Source: Opitutia bacterium (GTDB lineage Bacteria; Verrucomicrobiota; Verrucomicrobiia; Opitutales; T3Sed10-336). From it: 15,752 nucleotides of DNA. The DNA is taken from contig JBJHCF010000069.1 in NCBI GenBank assembly GCA_050506795.1, positions 1 through 15,752 on the forward strand. Reading direction: 5' to 3'. Below are positions 7,610 through 15,752 of this stretch, one piece after another (within the stretch, counting starts at the first letter, position 1; each line of letters starts with the position of its first letter). The position numbers were made by a program, and so were the translations under genes. The notes beneath the pieces were generated by a model, which saw only the letters and a list, made by a program, of their open reading frames with translations, ran no database searches and had not been told where the DNA came from.

Positions 7610-7626
7610 GGGAAAAGGGTGTACGC

Positions 7627-8334
7627 CTATTTGATAAATACGGCGATGGCGGTGGCGTTGTCACGGCCTCCGCGTTCGTTTGCCAGGGCGATCAGCTTAC
7701 TCACGGCTTCCTCCGGCGTATCGGCCTGTTGAATACTCTCGTGAATCTCGTCCGGGGTAATGGAAAGGGTTACGCCGTCGCTGCAAAAAAGGAGCCGGTC
7801 GCCGGCGGAAATCGGAGCGGAATAGGTGTCCACCATCAGATCTTCGATTTGGCCGAGGCAGCGGGTCAAAACGTGGCTGTGGCGGCGGGGTATGGGAATG
7901 CGGGGATTGAAGTCCGGCCGGTTGCGAATCTCCTGCTCCAGGGTGTGATTCATGGTGAGCTGTTTCCAGTCGTCCTTTCGGAAGTTATAGATCGCGGTGT
8001 CCCCCACGTGGGCAATCCGGAGTTGATCTCCCTCGATCATCCCCACGGTGAGAGTGGTTCCGATACCCGTTTCGGGACTCAGTTGTTGCCCGAGGCGTTG
8101 GATTTCGGTGTTGATTCGTTGAAAGAGCGCGGTCAGGTCGCCCGGCCCGTTGTCGTCCACCAGGGCCTCCTCCAGCATGGTGATGGCTTTCGAGCTGGCC
8201 AGCGCGCCGTCGGGCAGGCCGCCCAGGCCGTCGGCCACCGCGAAGACGGCGCGATAGCGGTCGACCAGAAAGGAGTCCTCGTTGCGTCGGCGCGTGCGGC
8301 CGACGTCGCTTATCCCGTGACTTTCAAATTGCAT
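7627..8334 (-). CDS. PP2C/PPM-family Ser/Thr protein phosphatase (PrpC/Stp1-like), 235 aa
   Basis: SDVGRTRRRNEDS, AVADGLGG, GTTLT, AHVGDT, HVLTRCLG, LFCSDGV, GGRDNATA. Only 17 bp from surE, so probably co-transcribed. Confidence 0.95.
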   Translation of the reverse strand: MQFESHGISDVGRTRRRNEDSFLVDRYRAVFAVADGLGGLPDGALASSKAITMLEEALVDDNGPGDLTALFQRINTEIQRLGQQLSPETGIGTTLTVGMIEGDQLRIAHVGDTAIYNFRKDDWKQLTMNHTLEQEIRNRPDFNPRIPIPRRHSHVLTRCLGQIEDLMVDTYSAPISAGDRLLFCSDGVTLSITPDEIHESIQQADTPEEAVSKLIALANERGGRDNATAIAVFIK

Positions 8335-8490
8335 GAAGAGATCCCGTTGAGATGCCGGCGGAAAGCCGGTTGGCGAAAGACGTCATGGGATCGTTATGGA
8401 GTCGCATTGTCAATGGCTTGCGAAGGAGAAATCTCCGGAAAGAGCACGGCGGTGGGACCCCGGGAGCGAATTACGAGGCGATTGGCGACG

Positions 8491-9816
8491 TTAATCGTCC
8501 TGGGTGGTCTCGCCGATCGCCACAAATCGGTATTCTTGTTCGAACTGGAAGACCACTCCGTCGTCCGCAACCTGGTGCAGGGTGACCCCTTCGAATTCAT
8601 CGCCGACCTGGAGGAGTTCCCCGTTGACCACGGCTTCGTTGGTGGAGAGTAGGACCGTTTGCACATGCAGCACGGGCCAGGACGGAGGGGCGGGCTGGGT
8701 TTCCGGTTCCGCGGTCACGGCTCCCGGTTGGGCGGGAACGTCGGCGGGTTCCGGTTGCGGTGGCGGAGCGGTTTCGGCGATGATGGTTTCGCCCATTTGC
8801 CGCGCGTCGTCGACGGAGATGGTGGCGGTCAGGGTGACCGTGTCGTCGCGTGCTTCGGCACGCAGGTTTTGCATGAAACCGGGAGCGCCGTCGCCCTGCG
8901 CGGCCGCCATCATTTGCAACATCGGAACGATGCTTTCGTTCAGGAATTCCTGTACGGTCCGGGCGTCTTCGGCGGAACCGAATGCCAGGGCCAACTGCAC
9001 CGCCAGGGACTGGTTGGCGCGAAGGCTGATGCCGGTGCGGTGCAGGGATACGACGGCATCACCCGCTGGCCCGAGCGGGAAGGGGGCGGCTCCGATCAAA
9101 TCCCGCAGGCCGGCCTGCATTGCGGGCGAGAGGACTACCACCAGCCAGCCGTGACTCTCTGCGATCATGGAGTCCTTGCCGGCGAGAATACCGTCGGGAA
9201 GGGTTTTCTCCCGTCTCGATTCGAGTTTGGTAATGGTGTTCCGCAGGGCGTCCCCGGCGCCGAAGTAGAGAGTCGCGCCGCCGTCCTCGCGTTCGAAAAC
9301 TGTCAATTGGACTGTGAGGCCGAGATCGGGAACCGGGAATTCCAGGATATCCCGGTTGCTCAACGTGCTCTGGCGGACAGTGGCGTTGTTGTCCAGATTG
9401 GCTCGCAGGGCCGATTCGATCTGCGGCAAGGTCACTATGGTGGAAAGCCTCACCGCCGCGGAAAGGCCCGCCTGGGCGAACCTTTCGCCCTGCAGCGCGG
9501 CGAGATCGCGAATGGCGATCAATCCTTCGATGACGTCGTCTTCGTTCAGGCCCAAGCTCAGGAGGAAATCGGAGAATTCGTCGGCATAAAGATCTTCCGC
9601 TTCGCTGTCCGCCATGGCCCGGCCGAAGGCGGACTGGTTCATCGCCTGGAAATTGACATAAAGAACGGCGTCCGCTTCCTCCGGGACGGCGGCTTCCACC
9701 GCCCCTTCGGATCCTTTCCCGAAGTAGAGGTAGAGTCCGTATCCGAGGGCTCCCATGGCCACCAGAAAAAGAATTAGAAGGATGCTGTCCTGCAGCTTGT
9801 GCTTTCGTGTCTTCAT
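8491..9816 (-). CDS. Hypothetical bitopic membrane protein with Pro-rich linker and small C-terminal beta domain, ~441 aa
   Basis: Basic N-terminus MKTRKHK plus a TM helix, an acidic extracytoplasmic domain, APPPQPEP...PAPPSWP linker, and terminal AVVNGELLQVGDEFEGVTLHQVADDGVVF. Start uncertain (9816, or upstream at 9876). Confidence 0.75.
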   Translation of the reverse strand: MKTRKHKLQDSILLILFLVAMGALGYGLYLYFGKGSEGAVEAAVPEEADAVLYVNFQAMNQSAFGRAMADSEAEDLYADEFSDFLLSLGLNEDDVIEGLIAIRDLAALQGERFAQAGLSAAVRLSTIVTLPQIESALRANLDNNATVRQSTLSNRDILEFPVPDLGLTVQLTVFEREDGGATLYFGAGDALRNTITKLESRREKTLPDGILAGKDSMIAESHGWLVVVLSPAMQAGLRDLIGAAPFPLGPAGDAVVSLHRTGISLRANQSLAVQLALAFGSAEDARTVQEFLNESIVPMLQMMAAAQGDGAPGFMQNLRAEARDDTVTLTATISVDDARQMGETIIAETAPPPQPEPADVPAQPGAVTAEPETQPAPPSWPVLHVQTVLLSTNEAVVNGELLQVGDEFEGVTLHQVADDGVVFQFEQEYRFVAIGETTQDD

Positions 9817-10049
9817 GAAACGTCGGGTGTCGTGGGTGTTTCCTGCCGGTCTGGCGTCGAAGTCCTTGGGGTCCATACAAAGGCGATTGCGGCGGGCGGA
9901 CAATAAAAAAGCGTTTCCCGGGTTGACCCGGGAGAAACGGGTTTCCCGGTTCTTTGAAATCTGCAAAGGGGGTTTGACCTGTGACCGGTATGCTTCATGA
10001 TGCGAGAAGTGGGACCGTGCGAAAATTTACCCCGTCCCGCCTGCGACTT

Positions 10050-11783
10050 ATGAAGTTCCCGTTCCTCCGTAGAGTTTCTCTTTTTATCCTCGGTGCCTTG
10101 CTCCTTTTGCTGGCGCTCACCTTCGTCTACGCTCACCTGAACGAGGTTTTTGGAGAATATCCTCTGGTGTTTTTCCTCCTCGGTATGGCCGTGACCGCGG
10201 GCTGCGGAGTTCTGCTGCTCAAGCGGGCGATGCGCAATGACGATTATCTGACGCGCCGGCACGAACGCTATTTCCTGGTGTTATCCACCCTGGCGGCGTT
10301 TTTGCTCAGTTTTATTCTTCTGTTTGGGGTGGTTCCCTCGGTTCGATGGGGGGAGTGGGGGTACATCCTTTTCGGCTATGTGCCCATGGGGCTGGCTCTG
10401 CTGTATCTGGTGGCCGCCGCCATTCGCTTCAAAGAGGCCGGCGAACTCCCGATCGATTATCCGGAGCTCACCGAAAAGCAAGTGCAGGCGCGTACCCGTG
10501 AGGTACGGACCGAATGGGCCTTATCCGCGGGAGCGATCCTGGTGGCGGCGGTTTGCCTTTATCAGGTGCTTCCGGACCCCCTGCCACTGGCTGAAGCCGA
10601 GGAATGGGAGGAGCGGACCGATCGCATGGCTCGAATTCCCGAGCACCTGCGGGACAACTGGGACTCCCTGGAGTTCCTCTCCCTGGCCGCCAATATGGGC
10701 GATGTCGAGGCCCAGTACCGTCTGGCGATAATTTATTATGATGATACCCACCCGAGCTTCTGGAGAGATCCACGCCGGGCGGTTCACTATTTCGGCCTGG
10801 CCGCCGATCAGGGACACGTCGACGCCATGCTGCGGTTGGGGCACCTTTTCCGTCAGGGGTACGGGAATTATCAGGATTTTTCCCGCGCGGCGGGTTATTT
10901 TGAACGGGCGATGGAACACGGCAGCGCCGAAGGAATGACCGAACTGGCCAAACTCCATCAGGCCGGTCGCGGGGTGGCCCGCGATGAGGAGAGGGCCTAC
11001 CGGCTTCTGCGGCAGGCGGCCGAGCAAGACTATCCGGAGGGCCAGAAACAATTGGGAGAGTTTTACCAGCGAGGGCTGGGAGTGGAGCGTAACGATGAGC
11101 GCGCCTACCACTGGTTTTCCCTGGCGGCGCGCAACGGCAGCGCCGCGGCGCAGAACGACCTCGGACTCATGTACCTGCGGGGGGTTTCGGTGGAGCAGGA
11201 TCTGGAACAAGGGGTTTACTGGTTGGATCAGTCTGCCTCCCAGGGGTTCCAGGTGGCGATCTTCAATATCGGCATGCTCTACTACCGCGGCACGTATTTT
11301 CCGGTCGATTACGAAGTCAGTTACCACTACCTCTCCCGGCTGGCCAATTCCGGTCACGTCCTGGGGCATTTTTACCTGGGAACGCTTTATTACGACGGAT
11401 TGGGCGTGGAACGGGACTATGAACGAGCGTTCGAGCAGTTCGAGTCCGCGGCCAACCGGGGTTATATTCCGGCGGTTTTGAATGTCGGAGGCATGTACCT
11501 CGATGGGGCCGGTACCAGCCGGGATTTCGAGCGCGGTCTGGCGTTTATGACTCATGCCGCCCAAAACGGATCCGGCGAGGCTCAGTGGCGCATGGGGGTC
11601 ATTTTTGATGAGGGCGAGTTTGTGCTCCGCGATCCGATGGAAGCACTCAAATGGTGCCTGATGGCTCAACATTCCGGATACGAGGGAGACGAGGCGATCA
11701 TCGCCCGGCTGAGGGAGGAATTGACCGAGTCCGAGCAGCGAACAGCGCAGAGTCTGGCCGGCCTCGGCGGGGTCAGCAACTGA
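10050..11783 (+). CDS. Sel1-like-repeat protein with N-terminal multi-pass membrane domain, ~577 aa
   Basis: About five hydrophobic segments followed by about ten SLR units (e.g. AADQGHVDAMLRLGHLFRQGYG, AARNGSAAAQNDLGLMYLRGVSVEQD). Start uncertain (9981-10050). Confidence 0.92.
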   Translation: MKFPFLRRVSLFILGALLLLLALTFVYAHLNEVFGEYPLVFFLLGMAVTAGCGVLLLKRAMRNDDYLTRRHERYFLVLSTLAAFLLSFILLFGVVPSVRWGEWGYILFGYVPMGLALLYLVAAAIRFKEAGELPIDYPELTEKQVQARTREVRTEWALSAGAILVAAVCLYQVLPDPLPLAEAEEWEERTDRMARIPEHLRDNWDSLEFLSLAANMGDVEAQYRLAIIYYDDTHPSFWRDPRRAVHYFGLAADQGHVDAMLRLGHLFRQGYGNYQDFSRAAGYFERAMEHGSAEGMTELAKLHQAGRGVARDEERAYRLLRQAAEQDYPEGQKQLGEFYQRGLGVERNDERAYHWFSLAARNGSAAAQNDLGLMYLRGVSVEQDLEQGVYWLDQSASQGFQVAIFNIGMLYYRGTYFPVDYEVSYHYLSRLANSGHVLGHFYLGTLYYDGLGVERDYERAFEQFESAANRGYIPAVLNVGGMYLDGAGTSRDFERGLAFMTHAAQNGSGEAQWRMGVIFDEGEFVLRDPMEALKWCLMAQHSGYEGDEAIIARLREELTESEQRTAQSLAGLGGVSN

Positions 11784-11865
11784 ATCAACGGGTGACCGGG
11801 GGCGGGGCGGCAGGAGTACCTGTATCACTGGTCGGGAACTGAGTTGGGGGGCTCCGGCCTCCCGT

Positions 11866-13560
11866 TTATTCGTCGGTTTCCAGGGGCGCCACGTAGCGGC
11901 CGCGCTTTTTCTCTTTTAAACGGAAGAACGGTTGTTGCTGCTCCGCGGCGATGGTCCGGCAATGCCGAACCATGCGGTCGCAGGTGAGAACGTATTCGCT
12001 CAGCAGCAATCCGGCCGCCGGGGTAATTTCGTGTTCCGCGACCCGTGAGTCCAGTCTCTCGCGAACGCGGGTGCTGGTTTCGATGTAGGTGTCTCTGGCG
12101 GCGAGGATTAACGCGGCCGCCTGATTGAAGGCATCGTCGCCGGCGTTGACGTTCAAGGCTTTTTCCAACGCCTCCAGGGCCTCGGCCGCCTTTTCGTGCA
12201 ATTCCCTCAGGAGCCGACCGTTTTCGCCGGCGAGGGGCGGGTTTTTGCCCGGCCTGCCCAGGGGTGAACTCAGACTCGCCAGATGCTCGATGTGGTCGCC
12301 GATCCGTTCCACATCGTCGATAATGTTGTTCAGGTATTTGGCCAGCAATGCCTGGCGCCTGGAAAGGCGGCGCCGGGCCAGGGCGGAGAGATAGTTTTTG
12401 AGGGCCGCCTTGATCTGGTTGATCGCTTCCTCGTTCCGTCGGATGGCTCGGACTTTCCGTTTGTCGGCTCCTTCGAGCAACCCCCGGGCGAGCGCCAGGC
12501 TCTGGCGACAAAGCCCGGCGGAGCGCCCCAGTTCATCGATGGCGGCCCGCAATCCGTCTTCCGGGGTATCGATCAGTTGACGATCCAGGCGCGTACCGGG
12601 AGTTTCCGGTTGTTTGGATGGCGTCAGACGCTCGATGAGGCGCGCGCAGACAACGGGGAAGGGGAGGAGAATGAGCGCCGCCACGGCCATCACCGCGGTA
12701 TGAAGATTGGCCGTCTGATGCACCAGACTGTCGGCGGTGAGCGGAATGATCCGGAGAAAAAGCGGCGCTGCGATCGCGGCCAGGGCGGTATTGAACAGGT
12801 TGAAGAACAGATTGCCCAGAGCGGCCCGCCGGGCCTCCATGCCGACGCCGATGCTGGCCAGCAGCGCCGTGGCCGAGGTCCCGATATGCGCTCCCAGCAC
12901 GATGGGGTACACCTGTTCCAGACTGGTGAACACGCCGGCCGAGATCAAAACGAAACACATGCCGATGGTGGCGCCGCTGCTTTGGATGACCGCGGTCACC
13001 AATGCCGCGCCGGCGATTCCGATGAGGAGTCCGCCCCAGGTGCCGCCGTCGATTCGTTCCAGCCACGGACGCAGAATTTCCTGGTGGGGCTCGATGGCGC
13101 CGCTCATGAGTTCCATCCCTAAAAACAGGATGCCGATGCCCATCACCGCCTGGCCGGCGTCGCGTATTCCCGCCCTTTGGGGCGCCATCCTCAGGGCGAA
13201 ACCGCCGGCGATGGCGACGAAGGCGAGGTCGGTCAGTTGCAGGGAAATCAGCTGCATGGACAGCGTGGTCCCCACATTGGCCCCGAAAAGTATCGGCAGG
13301 GAGCCCGCCAGCCTGACCAGGCCGGCGTTCACCAGTCCGACCGTCATGGCCGAAGCCGCGCTGCTGTGAATGAGAAAACCGAGCGCCGTCCCCAGCGAGA
13401 GACCTGCCAGCCGGTTGCGGTTGGCCAGAGCCAGTGCCCCCCGCAATCTCTCGCCGGCCACCGCCCGCAATCCCGCGGTCATCAGGCTGATCCCGAACAG
13501 GAAAAGAGCGAGCCCACCGAGGGTCACGAGAATCAAGGTTATGGATTCTTCAGCGGACAT
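11866..13560 (-). CDS. Na+/Pi cotransporter family protein (NptA/YjbB-like) with C-terminal PhoU-like helical domain, 564 aa
   Basis: GGLALFLFGI; twin repeats IHSSAA...GANVGTT and IQSSGAT...GAHIGTS; C-terminal DDVERIGDH motif. Confidence 0.93.
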   Translation of the reverse strand: MSAEESITLILVTLGGLALFLFGISLMTAGLRAVAGERLRGALALANRNRLAGLSLGTALGFLIHSSAASAMTVGLVNAGLVRLAGSLPILFGANVGTTLSMQLISLQLTDLAFVAIAGGFALRMAPQRAGIRDAGQAVMGIGILFLGMELMSGAIEPHQEILRPWLERIDGGTWGGLLIGIAGAALVTAVIQSSGATIGMCFVLISAGVFTSLEQVYPIVLGAHIGTSATALLASIGVGMEARRAALGNLFFNLFNTALAAIAAPLFLRIIPLTADSLVHQTANLHTAVMAVAALILLPFPVVCARLIERLTPSKQPETPGTRLDRQLIDTPEDGLRAAIDELGRSAGLCRQSLALARGLLEGADKRKVRAIRRNEEAINQIKAALKNYLSALARRRLSRRQALLAKYLNNIIDDVERIGDHIEHLASLSSPLGRPGKNPPLAGENGRLLRELHEKAAEALEALEKALNVNAGDDAFNQAAALILAARDTYIETSTRVRERLDSRVAEHEITPAAGLLLSEYVLTCDRMVRHCRTIAAEQQQPFFRLKEKKRGRYVAPLETDE

Positions 13561-13900
13561 TTATTGCTTTCAGGTCGAACGGTACTCGATTAACACCTCT
13601 TTCGGGAGCGAATTCGCAGATGGCGGCGGCATCGCCGAAACCCGCAGGTTATCAATCCTTTCAATCCCACCGGCCGAAGAGAAAAGCCGGAGCGAGGCGA
13701 TTTCAAGCCAAACCCCGGCCCGGGAACGGGTCGACTCGCGAAAGATGCCGCCATGACCTCGGCTCATGGCCGGGATTAGGGTCGCAGGGGATTTACCGTC
13801 CCATAAATTTCGCTCTTGAAGCGGTCGAGTGATTTACCGAACATCGTCCTGATTTGCGTCCGTCGCGATACGGCCGCGTTAACGAAACTGAGAGGACAAG

Positions 13901-14953
13901 ATGAAGATTAACGAGATTGAAGCGTTGCTGGGAGATGAGGCCAAGAGCCTTCTGGAGCACAAGAGCACGACGTTTCCCAAGGAAACGCTGCACTTGCCGG
14001 GACCGGATTTTGTCGACCGCGTCTACACCCAGACCGATCGCAAACCACCGGTGTTGCGCAGCCTGGCGCAAATGTTCAACCACGGTCGCCTGGGCGGTAC
14101 CGGTTATCTGTCGATCCTGCCGGTGGACCAGGGAATCGAGCACTCCGCGGGAGCCAGCTTCGCGCCGAACCCGGAGTACTTTGACCCGGAAAACATCGTC
14201 AAACTGGCGATCGAGGGTGGCTGTAACGCCGTCGCCTCGACGTTGGGTGTCCTGGGTGCGGTCTCACGCAAGTACGCGCACAAGATTCCTTTCATGGTGA
14301 AGCTCAATCACAACGAGCTTCTCAGCTATCCGAACACCTTCGACCAGATTTACTTCGGTCAGGTGGAGCAGGCTTACGAAATGGGCGCCGCCGCCATCGG
14401 GGCGACGATCTACTTCGGTTCGCCCGAATCGCGCCGTCAGATCCAGGAAACCAGCGACGCTTTCCAGCGCGCGCACGAATTGGGCTTGGCGACCGTCCTG
14501 TGGTGCTACGTCCGCAACAACGCCTTCAAAACCGACAAGGATTATCACGACGCCGCGGACCTGACCGGTCAGGCCAACCATCTGGGCGTGACCATCGAAG
14601 CCGACATCATCAAGCAGAAGCAGCCGCTGATCAACGGTGGGTTCGAGGCATTGAAGTTCGGCAAGACGCACAAGGACGTTTACAGCAAGCTGTCCAGCGA
14701 CAACCCGATCGACCTGACCCGTTTTCAGGTCGCCTGCTGTTACATGGGCCGCGCCGGTCTCATCAATTCCGGCGGCGGATCGGGCAAAAACGATCTGGCC
14801 GAAGCGGTGCGCACCGCTGTCATCAACAAGCGGGCCGGCGGCACCGGACTGATCTCCGGCCGCAAAGCCTTCCAGCGTCCGATGAAGGAAGGCGTCGAAC
14901 TCCTCCACGCCATTCAGGACGTTTATCTGGCCAAGGAAGTCACCGTCGCCTGA
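13901..14953 (+). CDS. fbaB: Class I fructose-bisphosphate aldolase (DhnA/FbaB family), 350 aa
   Basis: [44 protein letters not shown] (Schiff-base Lys), [14 protein letters not shown]-like GAGGA upstream. Confidence 0.97.
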   Translation: MKINEIEALLGDEAKSLLEHKSTTFPKETLHLPGPDFVDRVYTQTDRKPPVLRSLAQMFNHGRLGGTGYLSILPVDQGIEHSAGASFAPNPEYFDPENIVKLAIEGGCNAVASTLGVLGAVSRKYAHKIPFMVKLNHNELLSYPNTFDQIYFGQVEQAYEMGAAAIGATIYFGSPESRRQIQETSDAFQRAHELGLATVLWCYVRNNAFKTDKDYHDAADLTGQANHLGVTIEADIIKQKQPLINGGFEALKFGKTHKDVYSKLSSDNPIDLTRFQVACCYMGRAGLINSGGGSGKNDLAEAVRTAVINKRAGGTGLISGRKAFQRPMKEGVELLHAIQDVYLAKEVTVA

Positions 14954-14976
14954 CATTGCTTTAAAACAATCAACCC

Positions 14977-15011
14977 AAAGCCCCGCCGGCCCATCCGGCG
15001 GGGCTTTTTTT
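14977..15011 (+). terminator. Rho-independent terminator of fbaB
   Basis: AAAGCCCCGCCGG-CCCAT-CCGGCGGGGCTTT (13-bp stem) ending in a T7 run, starting 24 nt after the stop. Confidence 0.93.
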
Positions 15012-15032
15012 GTTTCACGCACCAAACCCCGT

Positions 15033-15290
15033 GTGACCCGTTTCATGCAGAAGCTGGGCACGGCTTACACGGTATATTATAACCGGCGTCACCGGTGGCA
15101 TGGGCATCTCTTGGACGGTCGATTCAAGGCAAAGTTGGTGGAAGAGGATGAGTATCTGTTGAAGCTGTCTCGTTACGTTCATCTGAACCCGGTGCGGGTG
15201 GGGCGCTGGAAGAAGCGCTCGGTATCGGAACAAATCGCGTATTTGCGACGGTATCGCTGGAGCAGTTATCTGGATTATATCCAGAATACG
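15033..15290 (+). pseudogene. Fragment of a Y1 (IS200/RAYT-like) tyrosine transposase lacking the N-terminal HUH half
   Basis: RFMQKLGTAYTVYYNRRHRWHGHLLDGRFKAKLVEEDEYLLKLSRYVHLNPVR...YRWSSYLDY is the typical central RAYT-like block with catalytic Tyr (YVHLNP, 15174). The upstream frame runs into the fbaB terminator with no HxH motif; downstream, similarity appears to end near the 15303 inverted repeat. Confidence 0.85.
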
Positions 15291-15302
15291 GGTGAAAGCG
15301 GG

Positions 15303-15374
15303 CTCACACGGAGCCACAAAGACACGGAGAAATCAACTGGACTAATCTCCGTGGGCTCCGTGACTCCGTGTGAG
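15303..15374. repeat. Long imperfect inverted repeat built of three CACGGAG-like heptamers per arm
   Basis: Left arm CTCACACGGAGCCACAAAGACACGGAGA (15303-15330), right arm TCTCCGTGGGCTCCGTGACTCCGTGTGAG (15346-15374), 15-nt loop. Confidence 0.85.
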
Positions 15375-15416
15375 AATCTTCGCCAGTTCAGCAATGCTTT
15401 AAAATCGGGCCTTCTT

Positions 15417-15611
15417 CTATCCGTTCTTCTTGATGGTATCGTAGGCGCGCAGGGCTCTCTGGCGCGCCTGGGCGTGATCGACGACCGGCTGGGGATAATC
15501 TCTGCCCAATATGACTCCGGCATTTGACAGGACCTCGGCCGGAGCTTCCCAGGGGGAATGTATCCACTGGTCGGGAAGTTTGGTCAGTTCGGGAACCCAT
15601 TGACGTACGTA
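15417..15611 (-). pseudogene. phrB: 3' end (64 aa) of a deoxyribodipyrimidine photolyase/cryptochrome gene, detached from its 5' part
   Basis: My translation: YVRQWVPELTKLPDQWIHSPWEAPAEVLSNAGVILGRDYPQPVVDHAQARQRALRAYDTIKKNG*, the classic FAD-binding-domain C-terminus. Upstream the frame reads *PLPAVP instead of the expected FDPxGxY. Not in the ORF track. Confidence 0.9.
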
Positions 15612-15643
15612 AGGAACGGCAGGAAGGGGTCAGGCTTAAGCAC

Positions 15644-15751
15644 CTAAGTTCGTATTGATGAAAGTCGTCGGGCATGGGAACTGGCTTGCCTTGTCCTGTC
15701 TTTTTCATAGGCACGAATATTCTTGCTGACATTTTGCGGGTGACCCATGTG
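15644..15751 (-). CDS. C-terminal 35 aa of an ORF entering from the right edge; possibly a Y1/RAYT-like transposase tail
   Basis: Open frame HMGHPQNVSKNIRAYEKDRTRQASSHARRLSSIRT*. It resembles, from memory, the 'L-x-M-G-x-x-x-x-V-S' HTH-like tail of long Y1 transposases and is followed by GCCTGACCCCTT. Too short to be sure. Confidence 0.4.
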   Translation of the reverse strand, partial: HMGHPQNVSKNIRAYEKDRTRQASSHARRLSSIRT

Positions 15752-15752
15752 C

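Noticed and set aside
2544..13369. Many long overlapping alternative-frame ORFs (e.g. 2544-3872, 6261-7385, 8659-9777, 10521-11828, 12283-13122)
   Set aside because: Expected shadows of GC-rich genes; no recognisable motifs, and each overlaps a well-supported CDS.
6842..13560. surE, PP2C and Na/Pi transporter as a phosphate regulon
   Set aside because: Not contiguous, and no Pho-box-like repeats were recognised.
15609..15612. TTAC (minus strand) at the phrB breakpoint as an IS608-type target tetranucleotide
   Set aside because: It sits at the element's downstream end rather than before a left end, and a 4-nt match is uninformative without the other junction.
15275..15732. Track ORFs 15388-15732, 15275-15523 and the tail of 15033-15527
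   Set aside because: They are off-frame or antisense to the photolyase fragment, which lies in the third minus frame.

Overview
GC-rich bacterial chromosomal window. The PEP-CTERM sorting signal (VPEPRTYALVAG...WRRRR) and gene content suggest the PVC group, possibly Verrucomicrobia (inference only). The left end holds the most interesting system: a complete IS110-family (DEDD recombinase) element (201-1728, minus strand) inserted at a duplicated CT/AG core into one hairpin of a 103-bp-period BIME-like array of GTAG-REP elements. An intact empty target lies 103 bp away. The element's ~290-bp 5' non-coding end folds into a bridge-RNA-like architecture (5' hairpin plus two stem-closed internal loops) whose loop segments match the REP target and the element's own circle junction, and circularisation would assemble a sigma70-like promoter. 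The middle is mostly ordinary: a TIGR03546/TIGR03545-like fusion, a CHRD/PEP-CTERM protein, a GH51 arabinofuranosidase, a thioesterase, surE, a PP2C phosphatase, a membrane-anchored hypothetical protein, a membrane Sel1-repeat protein, a Na/Pi cotransporter and fbaB. The right end is mobile-element debris: a 5'-truncated Y1/RAYT transposase fragment, a periodic inverted repeat, an orphan 3' end of a DNA photolyase gene (absent from the ORF track), and probably the end of a second element that interrupts it.
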